The translations under genes were made by a program, and so were the position numbers. From a bacterium (GTDB lineage Bacteria; UBA8248), in the NCBI GenBank assembly GCA_965207065.1, contig OZ242260.1, positions 4,192,001 to 4,256,000 on the forward strand: DNA of 64,000 nt, in the 5' to 3' direction. Shown one piece after another: positions 39,451 through 49,517 of this stretch (positions are counted from its first letter, which is position 1; the number at the start of each line of letters is the position of its first letter). The notes below the pieces were generated by a model. That model was given only the letters and a program-made list of their open reading frames with translations, had not been told where the DNA came from and did not search any database.

Positions 39451-40113
39451 ATGGAGACACCCATGGAAGACGCTCTCGAATTCTTCTCCCGCGCGCCGAC
39501 GACGGCCATCGCGGACGCCTCGATATTCTTGGGACTCGACCTCATCATGAAGGACGTCGCCCCGCTCACGCCCTTCACGGAGGAGCGCGTCGCCGCCCCT
39601 GCGGCCACCATGCGCTTCGAGCCCGTCCGGGGGGAGGTGAACCCCGCCCGCGTGAGCCTCTACGGGACGCACGAGGAGATGGAGCCGGGCAAGTTCGTCG
39701 TGCTCGCGACGGAAGCGAGCGACATGGCCGTTCTGGGAGCCAACGGGGCGCGCGTCATCCACCGGCGCGGCGCGGCGGGCGTCGTCACGGACGGGCGAGC
39801 GCGCGACGTTCTGGAAATCAGGGAGCTGGGCCTGCCCGTGTGGTGTCGCGGCGCGAGGCCCCTGCCCTACTCCAGGCGCCTGGTCGCGGCGGAGCGCGAC
39901 GTTCCCGTCACCTGCTGCGGGGTGCGGGTGGCGCCGGGGGACATCGTCGTCGCCGATGCGGACGGCGTGGCCGTGGTGCCGCAGGCCGAAATCCGAGCGA
40001 TACGCGAGCGAACGCGGATCGTTATGGAAATCGAGGAGGAGTTCACCCGGAGGTTCGACGCGGGTGAATCGGGAACAGAACTCGTCAAGATGATGCGAAG
40101 GAAATGGGAGTGA
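39451..40113 (+). CDS. RraA/HMG-aldolase family protein
   Basis: TTAIADA, G.AGVVTDG.ARD, V.PGDIVVADADGV.VVP. Confidence 0.9.
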   Translation: METPMEDALEFFSRAPTTAIADASIFLGLDLIMKDVAPLTPFTEERVAAPAATMRFEPVRGEVNPARVSLYGTHEEMEPGKFVVLATEASDMAVLGANGARVIHRRGAAGVVTDGRARDVLEIRELGLPVWCRGARPLPYSRRLVAAERDVPVTCCGVRVAPGDIVVADADGVAVVPQAEIRAIRERTRIVMEIEEEFTRRFDAGESGTELVKMMRRKWE

Positions 40114-40252
40114 GGATTGCCCGGGCCAAACCTTTGCGTCATCCTTCCATCGCGCCCGTGGCCTTGGTATATTTTCAGGGCGCGGGCGCATTGCGGATGG
40201 GCAGAGGCGACGAACCGCGCTACTCTCGTTCACGAGGACCCGAAATAGAGAA

Positions 40253-40537
40253 ATGACCGGACCCAAGCCCTTGGAAGAAGACCTGAAGCTGGTGAAATAC
40301 AGGAACAGCTACTGGATCATGCTCGAGCCGGAAGGTATTCCCCTGGTGGAATTCGCCGCCCAGCACCACGACACGCTCGGTGAGCCTCTCTACCAGTGGA
40401 TGAAAACCCGCCTGTCACGCGAATCCATCCTCGAGTTCCATGAGTCCGGCAAATTCGACTGGGGAAGATTCAAGGACTTCATGGAATCGAAGGGATGGGA
40501 CATCGGCCGGAACGAACCCGGCATCATCAACGCCTGA
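40253..40537 (+). CDS. Hypothetical protein (94 aa)
   Basis: ORF with host-like codon usage filling the gap. Confidence 0.65.
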   Translation: MTGPKPLEEDLKLVKYRNSYWIMLEPEGIPLVEFAAQHHDTLGEPLYQWMKTRLSRESILEFHESGKFDWGRFKDFMESKGWDIGRNEPGIINA

Positions 40538-40612
40538 TCCATAAACGCCGCCGGAAGCGAAATACCATCGCCATACACATGCCGCCGAAATAGAGTCCCA
40601 GGAGAGATTTGC

Positions 40613-41203
40613 ATGATAAGAGTATTATTGATTCTCGCATTGCTTACACCCGTTTTCGCCGCGCATGCGAACGAGGGCGCATCGTCCCACCACTCGAAAT
40701 ACGCCGGTCAGGAGAGCCGGGCGATCAAGAGCCTCTCGGCGGAAGACATCGCCGAGCTCAAGCGCGGAGGCGGCTGGGGGCTGGCCAAGGCGGCGGAGTT
40801 GAACGGCGTCCCGGGGCCGATCCACCTTCTGGAGATGAAAGACGATATCGACCTGGACGAGACCCAGCACTCGGCCATCAGCGCGATATACCGGCGCATG
40901 AAGAGCCGGGCCATCCTTCACGGCGAGCGGCTGATCGATCTGGAGCGGCGTCTCGAGGGCGGTTTTCGCAACCGTTCCATCACCGACGCGCTGCTGCGCG
41001 CATCGCTTAACGCCATCGCCGACACGAAAAAGGAATTGCGCTACGTCCACCTGGCGGCGCACATCGAGACTCTCAAGATTCTCACCGAGAAGCAGGTAAA
41101 AACCTACAACGCGCTCAGGGGCTATTCCAGTTCCGATCCATGCGCCAACGTCCCCAAGGGCCACAATGCGGAAATGTGGCGCCGGCACAACAACTGCGAC
41201 TGA
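40613..41203 (+). CDS. Secreted Spy/CpxP-like helical protein
   Basis: Signal peptide; G.GLAKAAELNG.PGP.H.LE; ILT.KQ (LTxxQ) motif. Confidence 0.7.
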   Translation: MIRVLLILALLTPVFAAHANEGASSHHSKYAGQESRAIKSLSAEDIAELKRGGGWGLAKAAELNGVPGPIHLLEMKDDIDLDETQHSAISAIYRRMKSRAILHGERLIDLERRLEGGFRNRSITDALLRASLNAIADTKKELRYVHLAAHIETLKILTEKQVKTYNALRGYSSSDPCANVPKGHNAEMWRRHNNCD

Positions 41204-41652
41204 TGGCGAACCAGAGCGAGAGGCTCATCGCACTCAAGAGCGGGCTGGACGAGCGCGAACTCCACATCCTGAACATCGAACTCGACCGCCGCCGGAAATC
41301 GACGGGCGTCACATTCGCGCTCTGGTTTTTTCTGAGTTGGCTGGGGATTCACAAGTTCTATCTGGGCAGAATCGCGACGGGCGTCCTCTACGTCGTCGCT
41401 CCGTGGATATTGATCCTCGTCTTCGTAGTCGGCTTCGTCATGGCGGAATCGAATCCCGAGGCGGGCGGGGCGACCGCTGGTTTAAGCCTGCTCGCCCTGC
41501 TCGTCTATGGCGTCTGGTGGGTCGTGGATCTGTTCACGATCCCGAGGCAGGTGAACGCCTACAATGAAAGCCTGGAACTGGAGATCATCGCTTCGCTGAA
41601 CGCGAGAAAACAGCGGCCGGGCCTGTCGCCGAACCCCACACAGCCGGAATAG
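41203..41652 (+). CDS. TM2 domain membrane protein
   Basis: KS..V..ALWFFL..LGIHKFYLG, WW.VDLF.IP; TGATG coupling. Confidence 0.85.
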   Translation: MANQSERLIALKSGLDERELHILNIELDRRRKSTGVTFALWFFLSWLGIHKFYLGRIATGVLYVVAPWILILVFVVGFVMAESNPEAGGATAGLSLLALLVYGVWWVVDLFTIPRQVNAYNESLELEIIASLNARKQRPGLSPNPTQPE

Positions 41653-41662
41653 ACGCCGCCCG

Positions 41663-43258
41663 TTATTTGCGGGCGTATTTCTTGCCCAGGTTCTCCTCCC
41701 AGGTGAGATAGCCCTCCATCGCGCTGCGTCCGATGTCGTAGGGCTTGAGCTGTACGTCCTTGGGAAGTTCATCCAGACCCTCTCGTCCCGTATCGAGGGA
41801 ATAGCCAGCCTCTCGCCAGGCCTTCTTGCCCCCTTCGAGATAGCCCGCTCTGCGGTATCCGAGCCTTTGGAGTGCGAGTGCGCTCAGAGCGGATTTTCGC
41901 CCGTCCTCGCAGACGCACATCACCCGCGCTCTTTTATTTCCTGCCCGCTCAAACGCCTCCTCCTCGAACTGGCCTCTGGACACCCAGAGAGAACCCGGCA
42001 GATGGCCCCTCTCGTAGGAGGAGCTTAAATCCACGTCCAGAATCGCGCCGAACCTCCGGGCGCTCGCCTCCCCGGACGAATAGGCGCGGGCTTGCGAGCG
42101 CGCTTGTTCGAGAAGTAAAACCTCCCCCGCCCCCGCCGGGCTTTCTCCCGAAGCCGCCTCGCTGGGCTTCTCAATCGCTTCACCGGCCTCACGCCACGCC
42201 GTGAGGCCACCGCGCAGCACGCTGACGTCGAGTCCCATCTCGCGAAGCCAGTAGGCCGCCATGACGCCGCGCGCGTTATTATCGCAATAGGTCACGATTT
42301 TTCCCGCGCGCACGGCGACCACCTCGTCTGTGCGCTGCGCCGCCTGCCCGCCGGGGATGGAGATGGCCCCCGGAATGTGGCCTCCCGAAAACTCGGGCGC
42401 CAAACGTACGTCGAGCACGTAGAGCGTGCGGTTGTCGGCTTGCGCCTGAAGCGCGCGAAGCTCTTCGACCGATACGAAGGGAATCCCCTCCTCTTCGGCC
42501 ACCTGCGCGCCGAGCATTTCCCCATGGGCGCGGCTCTCCTCCGATGGCGCCGGAATCTCGCTCGGTTTTCCCTCTTCGAGCTGCAAGCCCTCGAGGATGA
42601 TGCCCATGCCGCCGTTTTTGAGCGCGCGCGCGTGCGTGACGCCCAGGCGGTGAAGCGCCTGCGTGCCGATAATGCTGCGGGTGCGGCCCGCGCAGTTGAT
42701 GATGAGAGGCGTTTCCTTGTCCTGGTCCAGATCCCATGCGTGGAGGATGAGTTCGCCTCCCGGCAGGCTCCGCCCCGTGGGGACGCAGAAGCGCTCGAAT
42801 TCCACCTCCGTTCTCGTATCGAATATGCGAGGGGGCGTATCGCCCTCGATCAGATCGTAAAGCTCACGGGCCGTAATTTCGGGCACCTCGTTTTCCACGT
42901 GAATCCGCTCGCCGAAATCCTTGCTCGGCACGTTCGTGCCTGAAGCCGTGGGGAAGCCCTGCGCCTCCCATGCGCCCAGGCCGCCTTCGAGCACCGAGAC
43001 GTCCGCATAGCCGCATTCCTCAAAAAGCGCGGCGACGCGCTCCGCCCGGAGGCCGCCCTCGTCCATGCACACCACGGGCGTCGACTTCACGGGCACGAGG
43101 CGCTCCGCAAGGATTTCCACCTCGCCGCGCGGGGCATTCGTCGTCATGAAAATCTGTTTTTCGTGAAACTCCATCGGGTCGCGCACATCGAGCACCGCGT
43201 GCGCGCTGGAGCTCTCCATCAAGTCCTTAAGTACAACCGGCGATATTCTTTTCACCAT
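41663..43258 (-). CDS. Multi-domain (4x) rhodanese-like sulfurtransferase
   Basis: Repeated LDVR..GH.PG and L.GG..AW motifs; NCAGRTRS active-site loop. Confidence 0.9.
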   Translation of the reverse strand: MVKRISPVVLKDLMESSSAHAVLDVRDPMEFHEKQIFMTTNAPRGEVEILAERLVPVKSTPVVCMDEGGLRAERVAALFEECGYADVSVLEGGLGAWEAQGFPTASGTNVPSKDFGERIHVENEVPEITARELYDLIEGDTPPRIFDTRTEVEFERFCVPTGRSLPGGELILHAWDLDQDKETPLIINCAGRTRSIIGTQALHRLGVTHARALKNGGMGIILEGLQLEEGKPSEIPAPSEESRAHGEMLGAQVAEEEGIPFVSVEELRALQAQADNRTLYVLDVRLAPEFSGGHIPGAISIPGGQAAQRTDEVVAVRAGKIVTYCDNNARGVMAAYWLREMGLDVSVLRGGLTAWREAGEAIEKPSEAASGESPAGAGEVLLLEQARSQARAYSSGEASARRFGAILDVDLSSSYERGHLPGSLWVSRGQFEEEAFERAGNKRARVMCVCEDGRKSALSALALQRLGYRRAGYLEGGKKAWREAGYSLDTGREGLDELPKDVQLKPYDIGRSAMEGYLTWEENLGKKYARK

Positions 43259-43294
43259 GTCTGCGTGTCCTTCCAGTGTGTATGAGCCATACGC

Positions 43295-44191
43295 CTAGCG
43301 GGAGGGAATGCCCGCCATGCGCCTGAATACCTCGATGATGGCCGCCGTATCCGCATCCGCGAGCCCGCCATGCTCGGCTGCCTGGAGCACCTGCTGGTGC
43401 ACCGAACTGAGCAGCATGGGGGAGCCGAGCTTCTGGCCCTGTTCCAGCATGAGCCGCACGTCCTTGTGGTGCTGCTTGATGCGCGAGAGGGGTTCCTCGT
43501 AATCCGCGTGAATCATGCGGGGGCCGCGCTGGTCCATGGCCTTGCTGTAGGCTGCGCTGTCCTTGAGCACTTCGAGCACGCGCTCCATATCGAGGCCCGA
43601 CTTCATGCCCAGCACGAGACCCTCCGAGAGCGCCAGTCGCGTCAGGCCCAGCACGAGGTTGATGACGAGCTTCGTCCGCGCGCCCGCGCCGTTCGGCCCC
43701 ATGTGGTGGATGGAGCGGGCGAATGTCGCCAGAATCGGCTCCGCCGCTTCGAAATCGCTATCCTCGCCCCCGACGACGGAGACGATCTTCCCTTCGAGCA
43801 CCTGGTTGCGCGAACCGCTCAGACTCGCATCGAGAAAGCCGATTCCCCTTTCGCGTAGGTCCGCCCCGAGTTTCTCGGAATCATCGGGGCTCGAAGTGGA
43901 TGTATCGATGATGACGAGGCCGTCCCGCGCCACGCTCGCGATGCCGCCGTCGCCCAGGCAGGTTTCGCGAACGACGTGGCTGTAGAGCAGGGAAATGATG
44001 ACGAACTGCGCATCCTCCGCCGCTTCCGCCGCCGAACTTGCGGGAGTGCCCCCGTTCTCGGCGAGCGCATCGAGCCTGCCCCCGTCGATGTCGAACCCCC
44101 GCACGCTGTGCCCCTCTTCCATCAGCTTCTGGCTCATGGCCGTTCCCATGAGGCCCAGTCCTACGATTCCGATATTCGCGCTTTCCGCCAT
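43295..44191 (-). CDS. NAD(P)-dependent beta-hydroxyacid dehydrogenase (3-hydroxyisobutyrate DH family)
   Basis: GLGLMG, DASLSG, KLVIN catalytic Lys, KDVRL. Confidence 0.9.
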   Translation of the reverse strand: MAESANIGIVGLGLMGTAMSQKLMEEGHSVRGFDIDGGRLDALAENGGTPASSAAEAAEDAQFVIISLLYSHVVRETCLGDGGIASVARDGLVIIDTSTSSPDDSEKLGADLRERGIGFLDASLSGSRNQVLEGKIVSVVGGEDSDFEAAEPILATFARSIHHMGPNGAGARTKLVINLVLGLTRLALSEGLVLGMKSGLDMERVLEVLKDSAAYSKAMDQRGPRMIHADYEEPLSRIKQHHKDVRLMLEQGQKLGSPMLLSSVHQQVLQAAEHGGLADADTAAIIEVFRRMAGIPSR

Positions 44192-44240
44192 CTCGCGTCT
44201 CCAGACATACGAAGCCATCCCCCAGAGGGGAGTATGAAAG

Positions 44241-45353
44241 TTAAAATTTGGGTCGTCCCTCGTGAGCGTACCCCGTCATCTCGATAAAGCCCACCCCCGA
44301 GAGCTTTTTATCGCCAGAAATGCTTTCTGCGAAAACGCCCCCTTCCCAATAGGTGATCCCCGTGCTGCCCGCAGATTCTATCTCCTGCGCGCGGGCATAA
44401 GGCTCCACGCGCAAGCGAAGGCCGTGCGCGGGGACCTCGACCTCCCACCCCATGGGATATACGCCGCCGCTTCGCTCGCTCTTCCAGGTATCCACACCCT
44501 GGAAGCGGAAATCCCCGAGGCGCAGATGCGTCGTGCTGCCATCCGCCTCCACCAGCGTGCCGCTGCTCGTGTGCTCCACGCTCCCGTCTTTTCGCCTCAG
44601 GAGATATAACATCAAATCCCGGCCATCGGACAACTGGAGACTCAGCCAGTCCCATCCCACCTGATCTTTCGTCAACTGGTTCGAGCCGAACTCATGGTCC
44701 ATCCACGCCGTTCCGCGCACCTCGACCTTTCTCCCCTCGATTTCGAGAGCACCCGAGGCGAGAAGCCGCGTATAGGAATAATAGTGAGACGCACGCCCCG
44801 GACCCGGCGCCTTCTGGCTCACTCCGTTCTCACCGTGAATCACGAGGGGTTTCGCGGGCTTCAGATCGAGGCGCAGCTTCATCTCGGGCGCCGCCGCGCT
44901 TATCCGGAGCGAGGATGGGCCATCTCCACCCGTGCTTTCGGCGCGCCAGTCGCGCAGCCATACCTTGAGACCCTTATCCGACGCGCCCGCCTGCTCTAGT
45001 TCGCCCCGGCTGATTCGCTCTGAAAACCGGTGCTTCTTCCGCTTCGCGTCCAGGACCGAGAAATGCCCGAAATAAAGGTTCCTGAGCGCCCAGCGGCTTT
45101 TCGATTTGCGGGGCGCTCCGGGCCGAAGCCCCACCCGGAAAAACGTGAGCATGAAGGGGTATTTCCCGCCTTCTGAATCCTGCAGGTTTCCCGAGAAATA
45201 CCACCACTCCGTGCGGAACGCCTCGTGCGCGCCGTTGTCTCTGGGAAACTGGTAGCGATAGCCGGGGAGCGCCTGCCGCCAACTCGCAGGGTGCGCAGGC
45301 GCAGCGCCCAGTATGAAAACGGCGGCCAGAAGAGCTGTGAATAGTTTTTTCAT
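44241..45353 (-). CDS. Secreted AttH-like lipocalin/carotenoid 1,2-hydratase family protein
   Basis: Signal peptide; FPRD.GAH..FRTEWWY, SHYYS, WMDHEF, GWDW, YWEG, EMTGY. Confidence 0.9.
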   Translation of the reverse strand: MKKLFTALLAAVFILGAAPAHPASWRQALPGYRYQFPRDNGAHEAFRTEWWYFSGNLQDSEGGKYPFMLTFFRVGLRPGAPRKSKSRWALRNLYFGHFSVLDAKRKKHRFSERISRGELEQAGASDKGLKVWLRDWRAESTGGDGPSSLRISAAAPEMKLRLDLKPAKPLVIHGENGVSQKAPGPGRASHYYSYTRLLASGALEIEGRKVEVRGTAWMDHEFGSNQLTKDQVGWDWLSLQLSDGRDLMLYLLRRKDGSVEHTSSGTLVEADGSTTHLRLGDFRFQGVDTWKSERSGGVYPMGWEVEVPAHGLRLRVEPYARAQEIESAGSTGITYWEGGVFAESISGDKKLSGVGFIEMTGYAHEGRPKF

Positions 45354-47944
45354 TCTTCGCTCAACGCCTCACGAATCGGGATCCTCGCGGCGGCTCTCGC
45401 AGGGAGCCAGCTCGCGGCCAGCGAGGCGAGAACCACGACGAGAAGATAAACCGCCATACCCTTCCAGGCGAAAATATACTGAATCGTCCAGCCGAAACTC
45501 AGCTTGTTGACGACGAAAATCAAAATGGCCGCCAGGCACACGCCGGACGCGAGACCAACGAGCACGGAGAGAACCCCAATAATGACCGCCTCTCCCATGA
45601 TGGCGGATACGATTCCCTTGCGGTTGAACCCCATGGCGCGCAGCGCGCCGATTTCATGAACGCGCTCCAGGATGTTGGAACTCAAACCCGTCGCCACGCC
45701 GAGAAGAGCTACCACGACGACGATGAACTCCAGCGCATACGTGATGGCGAACGTCTGATCGAATATGCTCGATACGCGTTTTTTGAGACCGCGGTTGGAG
45801 ATCAGTACCATGGTGGGGTCGAGAACTTTTTCGAGCGATTTGCGAACCTGTTCCGGCCGCGCATCTTCCGTGAGATAAATCGCAAGGGCGCTTAAGCGAT
45901 CATCTCGCCAGTGTTTTTTCAGGAATTCGCGATCCACCACGACGAAGCCGCCGTCCGTAGTGTAGTCGTAATACACGCCCGCCACCTTGAGCGAAACCTC
46001 GCCCCCCGGAGCCGGGAGGCGCAGGAGGTCTCCTTTCTTCACGCCGTAGAGGTTCGAGAAAGTCTCCGTAACGATTGCCTCGCCGCGCGTCCTCGCCCTC
46101 GTGATCGTTTCTTTCGAATCGCCCTCTAAAAACAGCCGCCTGCCCCTTTCGGCCTCGATGCGAAAATCACCGCCCGCAAGCGTGATGCGTTCCCCGCGCC
46201 AGGGCAGGAGAACGGCCCGGAAGCCACCTACCGCCGCGACGCCTGAAACGCCGCCGATGGCCTGGATCGCGTCTTCTGAAATGCTCGCCTTAGACCCCTT
46301 GATGAAACGCGAAGCGGGTGCTGCGTAGAAATCCGCTCTCAGCGTCTGATGCGTCCAGACTTCCACCGTGGCGCGGAAGCTCTCGATCATGATGATGAGG
46401 CTCACCAGCATGGCCACGGCGATCGCCAATGAAGACAGCGTAACCGCATTTCGGTGCGGGTGCCTGCCCAGACCGTGTGCGGCGAGCCAGGCGTTCAAGG
46501 CGCCACACGAAACTCGCCGGACGAGGACCGAGCCGCACAAAACGACCGGCAGGCTGAAAAGCGCGGTGGCCAGAATGACAGCCGCCGCCGATAGATAGCC
46601 AGGCAGAGGAGTTCCTCGCGTCAGGGCCTCCAGGTTCAGCCAGTAGGCGATGAGGGCAGTGAGCAGGGCGCTCCCAACCAGGATAGCGATAATCTTCGGA
46701 CGCACTTCTACTTTTCCGCGCTTATCCACGACGCCCTGGCGGGGGCTTTGCCGCGAAGCGACGATTGCAGGATAGATTCCAGAAACCAGTGAAACGCCCA
46801 AGCCCACGCCGAATCCCCAGAGAAGCGTCTCCGGCCCCAAGGGGACATGGCGCACCTCCAGAAATGCGTAGAGGTTCCGTATCGTTTGGGAGATGAACGA
46901 AAGCGCTCCCTGGGCCATGAACGTCCCCATCGCAACTCCCAGGCAAGAGCCGGCCAGGCCGATGCTAAGCGCCTCCGCGCCATAGAGGGAGACGATTCCT
47001 CTCGACGTCATGCCCAGCGATCGCAGGGTGGCGATTTCACCTCTTCGCCGCAAGACCGAAGCCGACATTGTGTTGTAGATCAGAAAACAGCCCACCAGGA
47101 GCGCGATGACGCTCAGCACCGTGAGATTGAGTTGGAACGACGCCAGCATCTTCTCCACGTCGCGTCCGCGCCGCGCGGGCCGCTCGACGACCGCGCCGGG
47201 CGGGAGAAAGCTCTGGATTCTCTCGCGGATCGATTCGATTTCACCTCCATCTTCGAGAATCAGATCGATTCGGTCCAGACGGCCGAAACGCTCGAACACC
47301 TCCTGCGCAACGCCGATATCCAGGATGAGGAGGCGGCCGTCCATCGACTTCGCCATGCCCTCTGGCTTGAGGACGCCCCGGACGCGAAAACGCATTCTCC
47401 GAGCAGCCTCGATTTCCACGAAATCGCCTGCCCCGACGCCCAGCGCATCGGCTGCTCCCCGGGCGACGAACAGGCCCTGCGGGTCGGCGATGCGCGAGAG
47501 AACTTCCTCGCGCGAATACTTATTTTCGAACTCATAACCCCTGAAATCATTGTCCCCCAGCAAGTCGAGTCCCAGGGCCAGTACGGCGCGTCCTTGCGAC
47601 GGCGCGCCGCGCCGCCACCTGTCTCCTGACCCTCCGGCCTTCCTCACCCAAACGTGCTGCTGGATGACGGGCGCCGCTCTTTTCACTTCCTTCATCGCCC
47701 GGAACCTCAAGATGAGATTCTCATCCACACCCAGACCGCCCGCTGAAACTTCGAGTTGCGTCTTGCCGGAAATGGCCACCAGGCTATTCTCAAACGCCCG
47801 GGTGGAGGTTTCGTTCGCCATCTTGACGGCGAGAAAGACGGCTACGCCCAGCGCCACACCCACCAGCGTGAGAGCCAGGCGAAACGGCTCCTCCTTGAGA
47901 CGCCGCCAGGCGAGAAGGCGCAAGAGGGAAGCGGTGACGCTCAT
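45350..47944 (-). CDS. FtsX/MacB-like ABC permease (AttFG-like, duplicated)
   Basis: Two repeats of TM plus periplasmic domain; RR.EIATLRSLG and EIGALRAMG. Confidence 0.92.
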   Translation of the reverse strand: MSVTASLLRLLAWRRLKEEPFRLALTLVGVALGVAVFLAVKMANETSTRAFENSLVAISGKTQLEVSAGGLGVDENLILRFRAMKEVKRAAPVIQQHVWVRKAGGSGDRWRRGAPSQGRAVLALGLDLLGDNDFRGYEFENKYSREEVLSRIADPQGLFVARGAADALGVGAGDFVEIEAARRMRFRVRGVLKPEGMAKSMDGRLLILDIGVAQEVFERFGRLDRIDLILEDGGEIESIRERIQSFLPPGAVVERPARRGRDVEKMLASFQLNLTVLSVIALLVGCFLIYNTMSASVLRRRGEIATLRSLGMTSRGIVSLYGAEALSIGLAGSCLGVAMGTFMAQGALSFISQTIRNLYAFLEVRHVPLGPETLLWGFGVGLGVSLVSGIYPAIVASRQSPRQGVVDKRGKVEVRPKIIAILVGSALLTALIAYWLNLEALTRGTPLPGYLSAAAVILATALFSLPVVLCGSVLVRRVSCGALNAWLAAHGLGRHPHRNAVTLSSLAIAVAMLVSLIIMIESFRATVEVWTHQTLRADFYAAPASRFIKGSKASISEDAIQAIGGVSGVAAVGGFRAVLLPWRGERITLAGGDFRIEAERGRRLFLEGDSKETITRARTRGEAIVTETFSNLYGVKKGDLLRLPAPGGEVSLKVAGVYYDYTTDGGFVVVDREFLKKHWRDDRLSALAIYLTEDARPEQVRKSLEKVLDPTMVLISNRGLKKRVSSIFDQTFAITYALEFIVVVVALLGVATGLSSNILERVHEIGALRAMGFNRKGIVSAIMGEAVIIGVLSVLVGLASGVCLAAILIFVVNKLSFGWTIQYIFAWKGMAVYLLVVVLASLAASWLPARAAARIPIREALSEE

Positions 47945-47992
47945 CTCCCCGCTTCCTCCAGGAAACCCCTTCTCGCTCGGAATTGTCCACCG

Positions 47993-48156
47993 CCGTCATT
48001 CCGGCGAAAGCCGGAATCCATTTGCGGGTGCGAGTGAATGAACAGCGGCGTTTCATCCCCCGCAGATGAGCAGGAACCCTGACGAAAGGCAAAAGGCGTA
48101 AAAATGGATTCCGTCGAACCCTCATTCATCAATCGGGTTCGACACCGGAATGACGG
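47993..48156. repeat. Long palindromic element with ATTCC-N-GGAAT (dRS3/RPE-like) arms
   Basis: CCGTCATTCCGGCGAAAGCCGGAATCCATTT ... AAATGGATTCCG[hairpin]CCGGAATGACGG. Confidence 0.75.
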
Positions 48157-48192
48157 TGAACACTCTCGATTGGGAAGGCAACAACTACTTTT

Positions 48193-48399
48193 GGGGAGGG
48201 AATCCCGAGCATCGAATTGTTCACCGTAGGGACAGGCCCCCGTGCCTGTCCTGATGCGGGACAACCACGGGGGTAGGCATCTTCGATACGGGCGGCCACG
48301 GGGGGCCGCCCCTACGTCACAAAACGCGGGTAGGTACATATTCCCTCCCCGGTCGACTCCATACGCCGAACCACGAAGCCAGGTCTTTTTCAACAACCC
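48193..48399. repeat. Composite repeat copy 6 (REPs plus right end overlapping the ATPase stop)
   Basis: 48193-48229 is nearly the reverse complement of 10760-10796; REPs; CCATACGCCGAACCACGAA; CTTTTTCAACAACCC. Confidence 0.85.
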
Positions 48400-49073
48400 T
48401 CCTCCAGGCGGCCATCGGTTATACCGACCCGCCGGGTGGCGTAGCGCAAGGGCATCTGGTCGTGCGTCGCCATGACGACCGTGAAACCGTCTTCCTGGTG
48501 GAGTTCGGAGACGAGTTCCAGGACGTTTTGCGAGTTCTCGGAATCGAGGTTGCCCGTCGGCTCATCGGCGAGGATGAGGCGGGGCTTGTGGATGATGGCC
48601 CGCGCAACGGCCACGCGCTGCATCTCCCCGCCGGAGAGCTGCCTCGGGAAGCTGCGCATCCGGTTCTCAAGCCCCACGCGCGCCAGGGCGTTTTCGGCCA
48701 TTTCCTTGATTTCGGATCGTTTCCGGCCCTGAAGCAGAAGAGGCAGGGCGACATTCTCATAAGCCGTCATCGTCGGCATGAGATGAAAGAACTGATGGAT
48801 GAAGCCCACATCTCTCAGGCGGATTTCGCTCAGTCCCTCATCGCTCAGGCGCGATATTTCGCGTCCATCCAGAAACACCTCGCCACTCGATGGCGCGTCG
48901 ACAGCCCCCATCAGGTGCAGAAACGTGCTCTTGCCCGACCCGCTCGGGCCCGAAACCGTGATAAACTCGCCTGGTTCCGCCCGGAAGCTAACACCCCTGA
49001 GCGCGTGGATTTGCGCTTCGCCCGCGACGTAGGTTTTAGATACCTCTTTCAACTCGACCAGGGGATGGGCCAT
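48390..49073 (-). CDS. ABC transporter ATP-binding protein (LolD/AttE-like)
   Basis: GPSGSGKS, LSGGEMQR, LADEPTGNLD, ATHD. Confidence 0.95.
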   Translation of the reverse strand: MAHPLVELKEVSKTYVAGEAQIHALRGVSFRAEPGEFITVSGPSGSGKSTFLHLMGAVDAPSSGEVFLDGREISRLSDEGLSEIRLRDVGFIHQFFHLMPTMTAYENVALPLLLQGRKRSEIKEMAENALARVGLENRMRSFPRQLSGGEMQRVAVARAIIHKPRLILADEPTGNLDSENSQNVLELVSELHQEDGFTVVMATHDQMPLRYATRRVGITDGRLEEGC

Positions 49074-49118
49074 ACCGTTTCTCCGAAGGCGAACTTAAGA
49101 AAACCAAGGAGTCTTCAC

Positions 49119-49517
49119 TTGTTCGAATCGCTGCCCGCCGTTTTTCTGATCACCAAAGACTACGAGGCGTCTTGTCGATTTTATACCGAAACGCTGGAGT
49201 TGAAAGAAGCGAGCCGGGCGAAAGACCACGTACGCTATGATTTGGGAGGTACTTCGCTCGTCATCCACGCGCCGATCGCGGATGAGGAAATGCGCAAGTG
49301 GAATCTTGAACCCCTGCAGGAACCAAGAGGTTCGGGCGTCGTCGTCACGCTCACGCCCGAGGACGTAGACCGCGCCCATGACGCACTTATCAAAAAAGGT
49401 GCGGAAGTCATATTCCCGCCCCGCGATGCTCCCTGGGGCGTGCGCATGTTCATGCTGAAGGACCCGAACGGGTTTCTGATCGAGGTGAGCAAGCCCCTTC
49501 CAGGCGGCTCAGGATAG
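49119..49517 (+). CDS. VOC/glyoxalase family protein
   Basis: TTG start after AAGGAG; FYTE.L.L, P.DAPWGVR.F..KDPNG..IE. Confidence 0.8.
   Translation: MFESLPAVFLITKDYEASCRFYTETLELKEASRAKDHVRYDLGGTSLVIHAPIADEEMRKWNLEPLQEPRGSGVVVTLTPEDVDRAHDALIKKGAEVIFPPRDAPWGVRMFMLKDPNGFLIEVSKPLPGGSG

Noticed and set aside
48130..48150. tRNA T-loop-like GGTTCGA
   Set aside because: Part of a repeat hairpin; no cloverleaf
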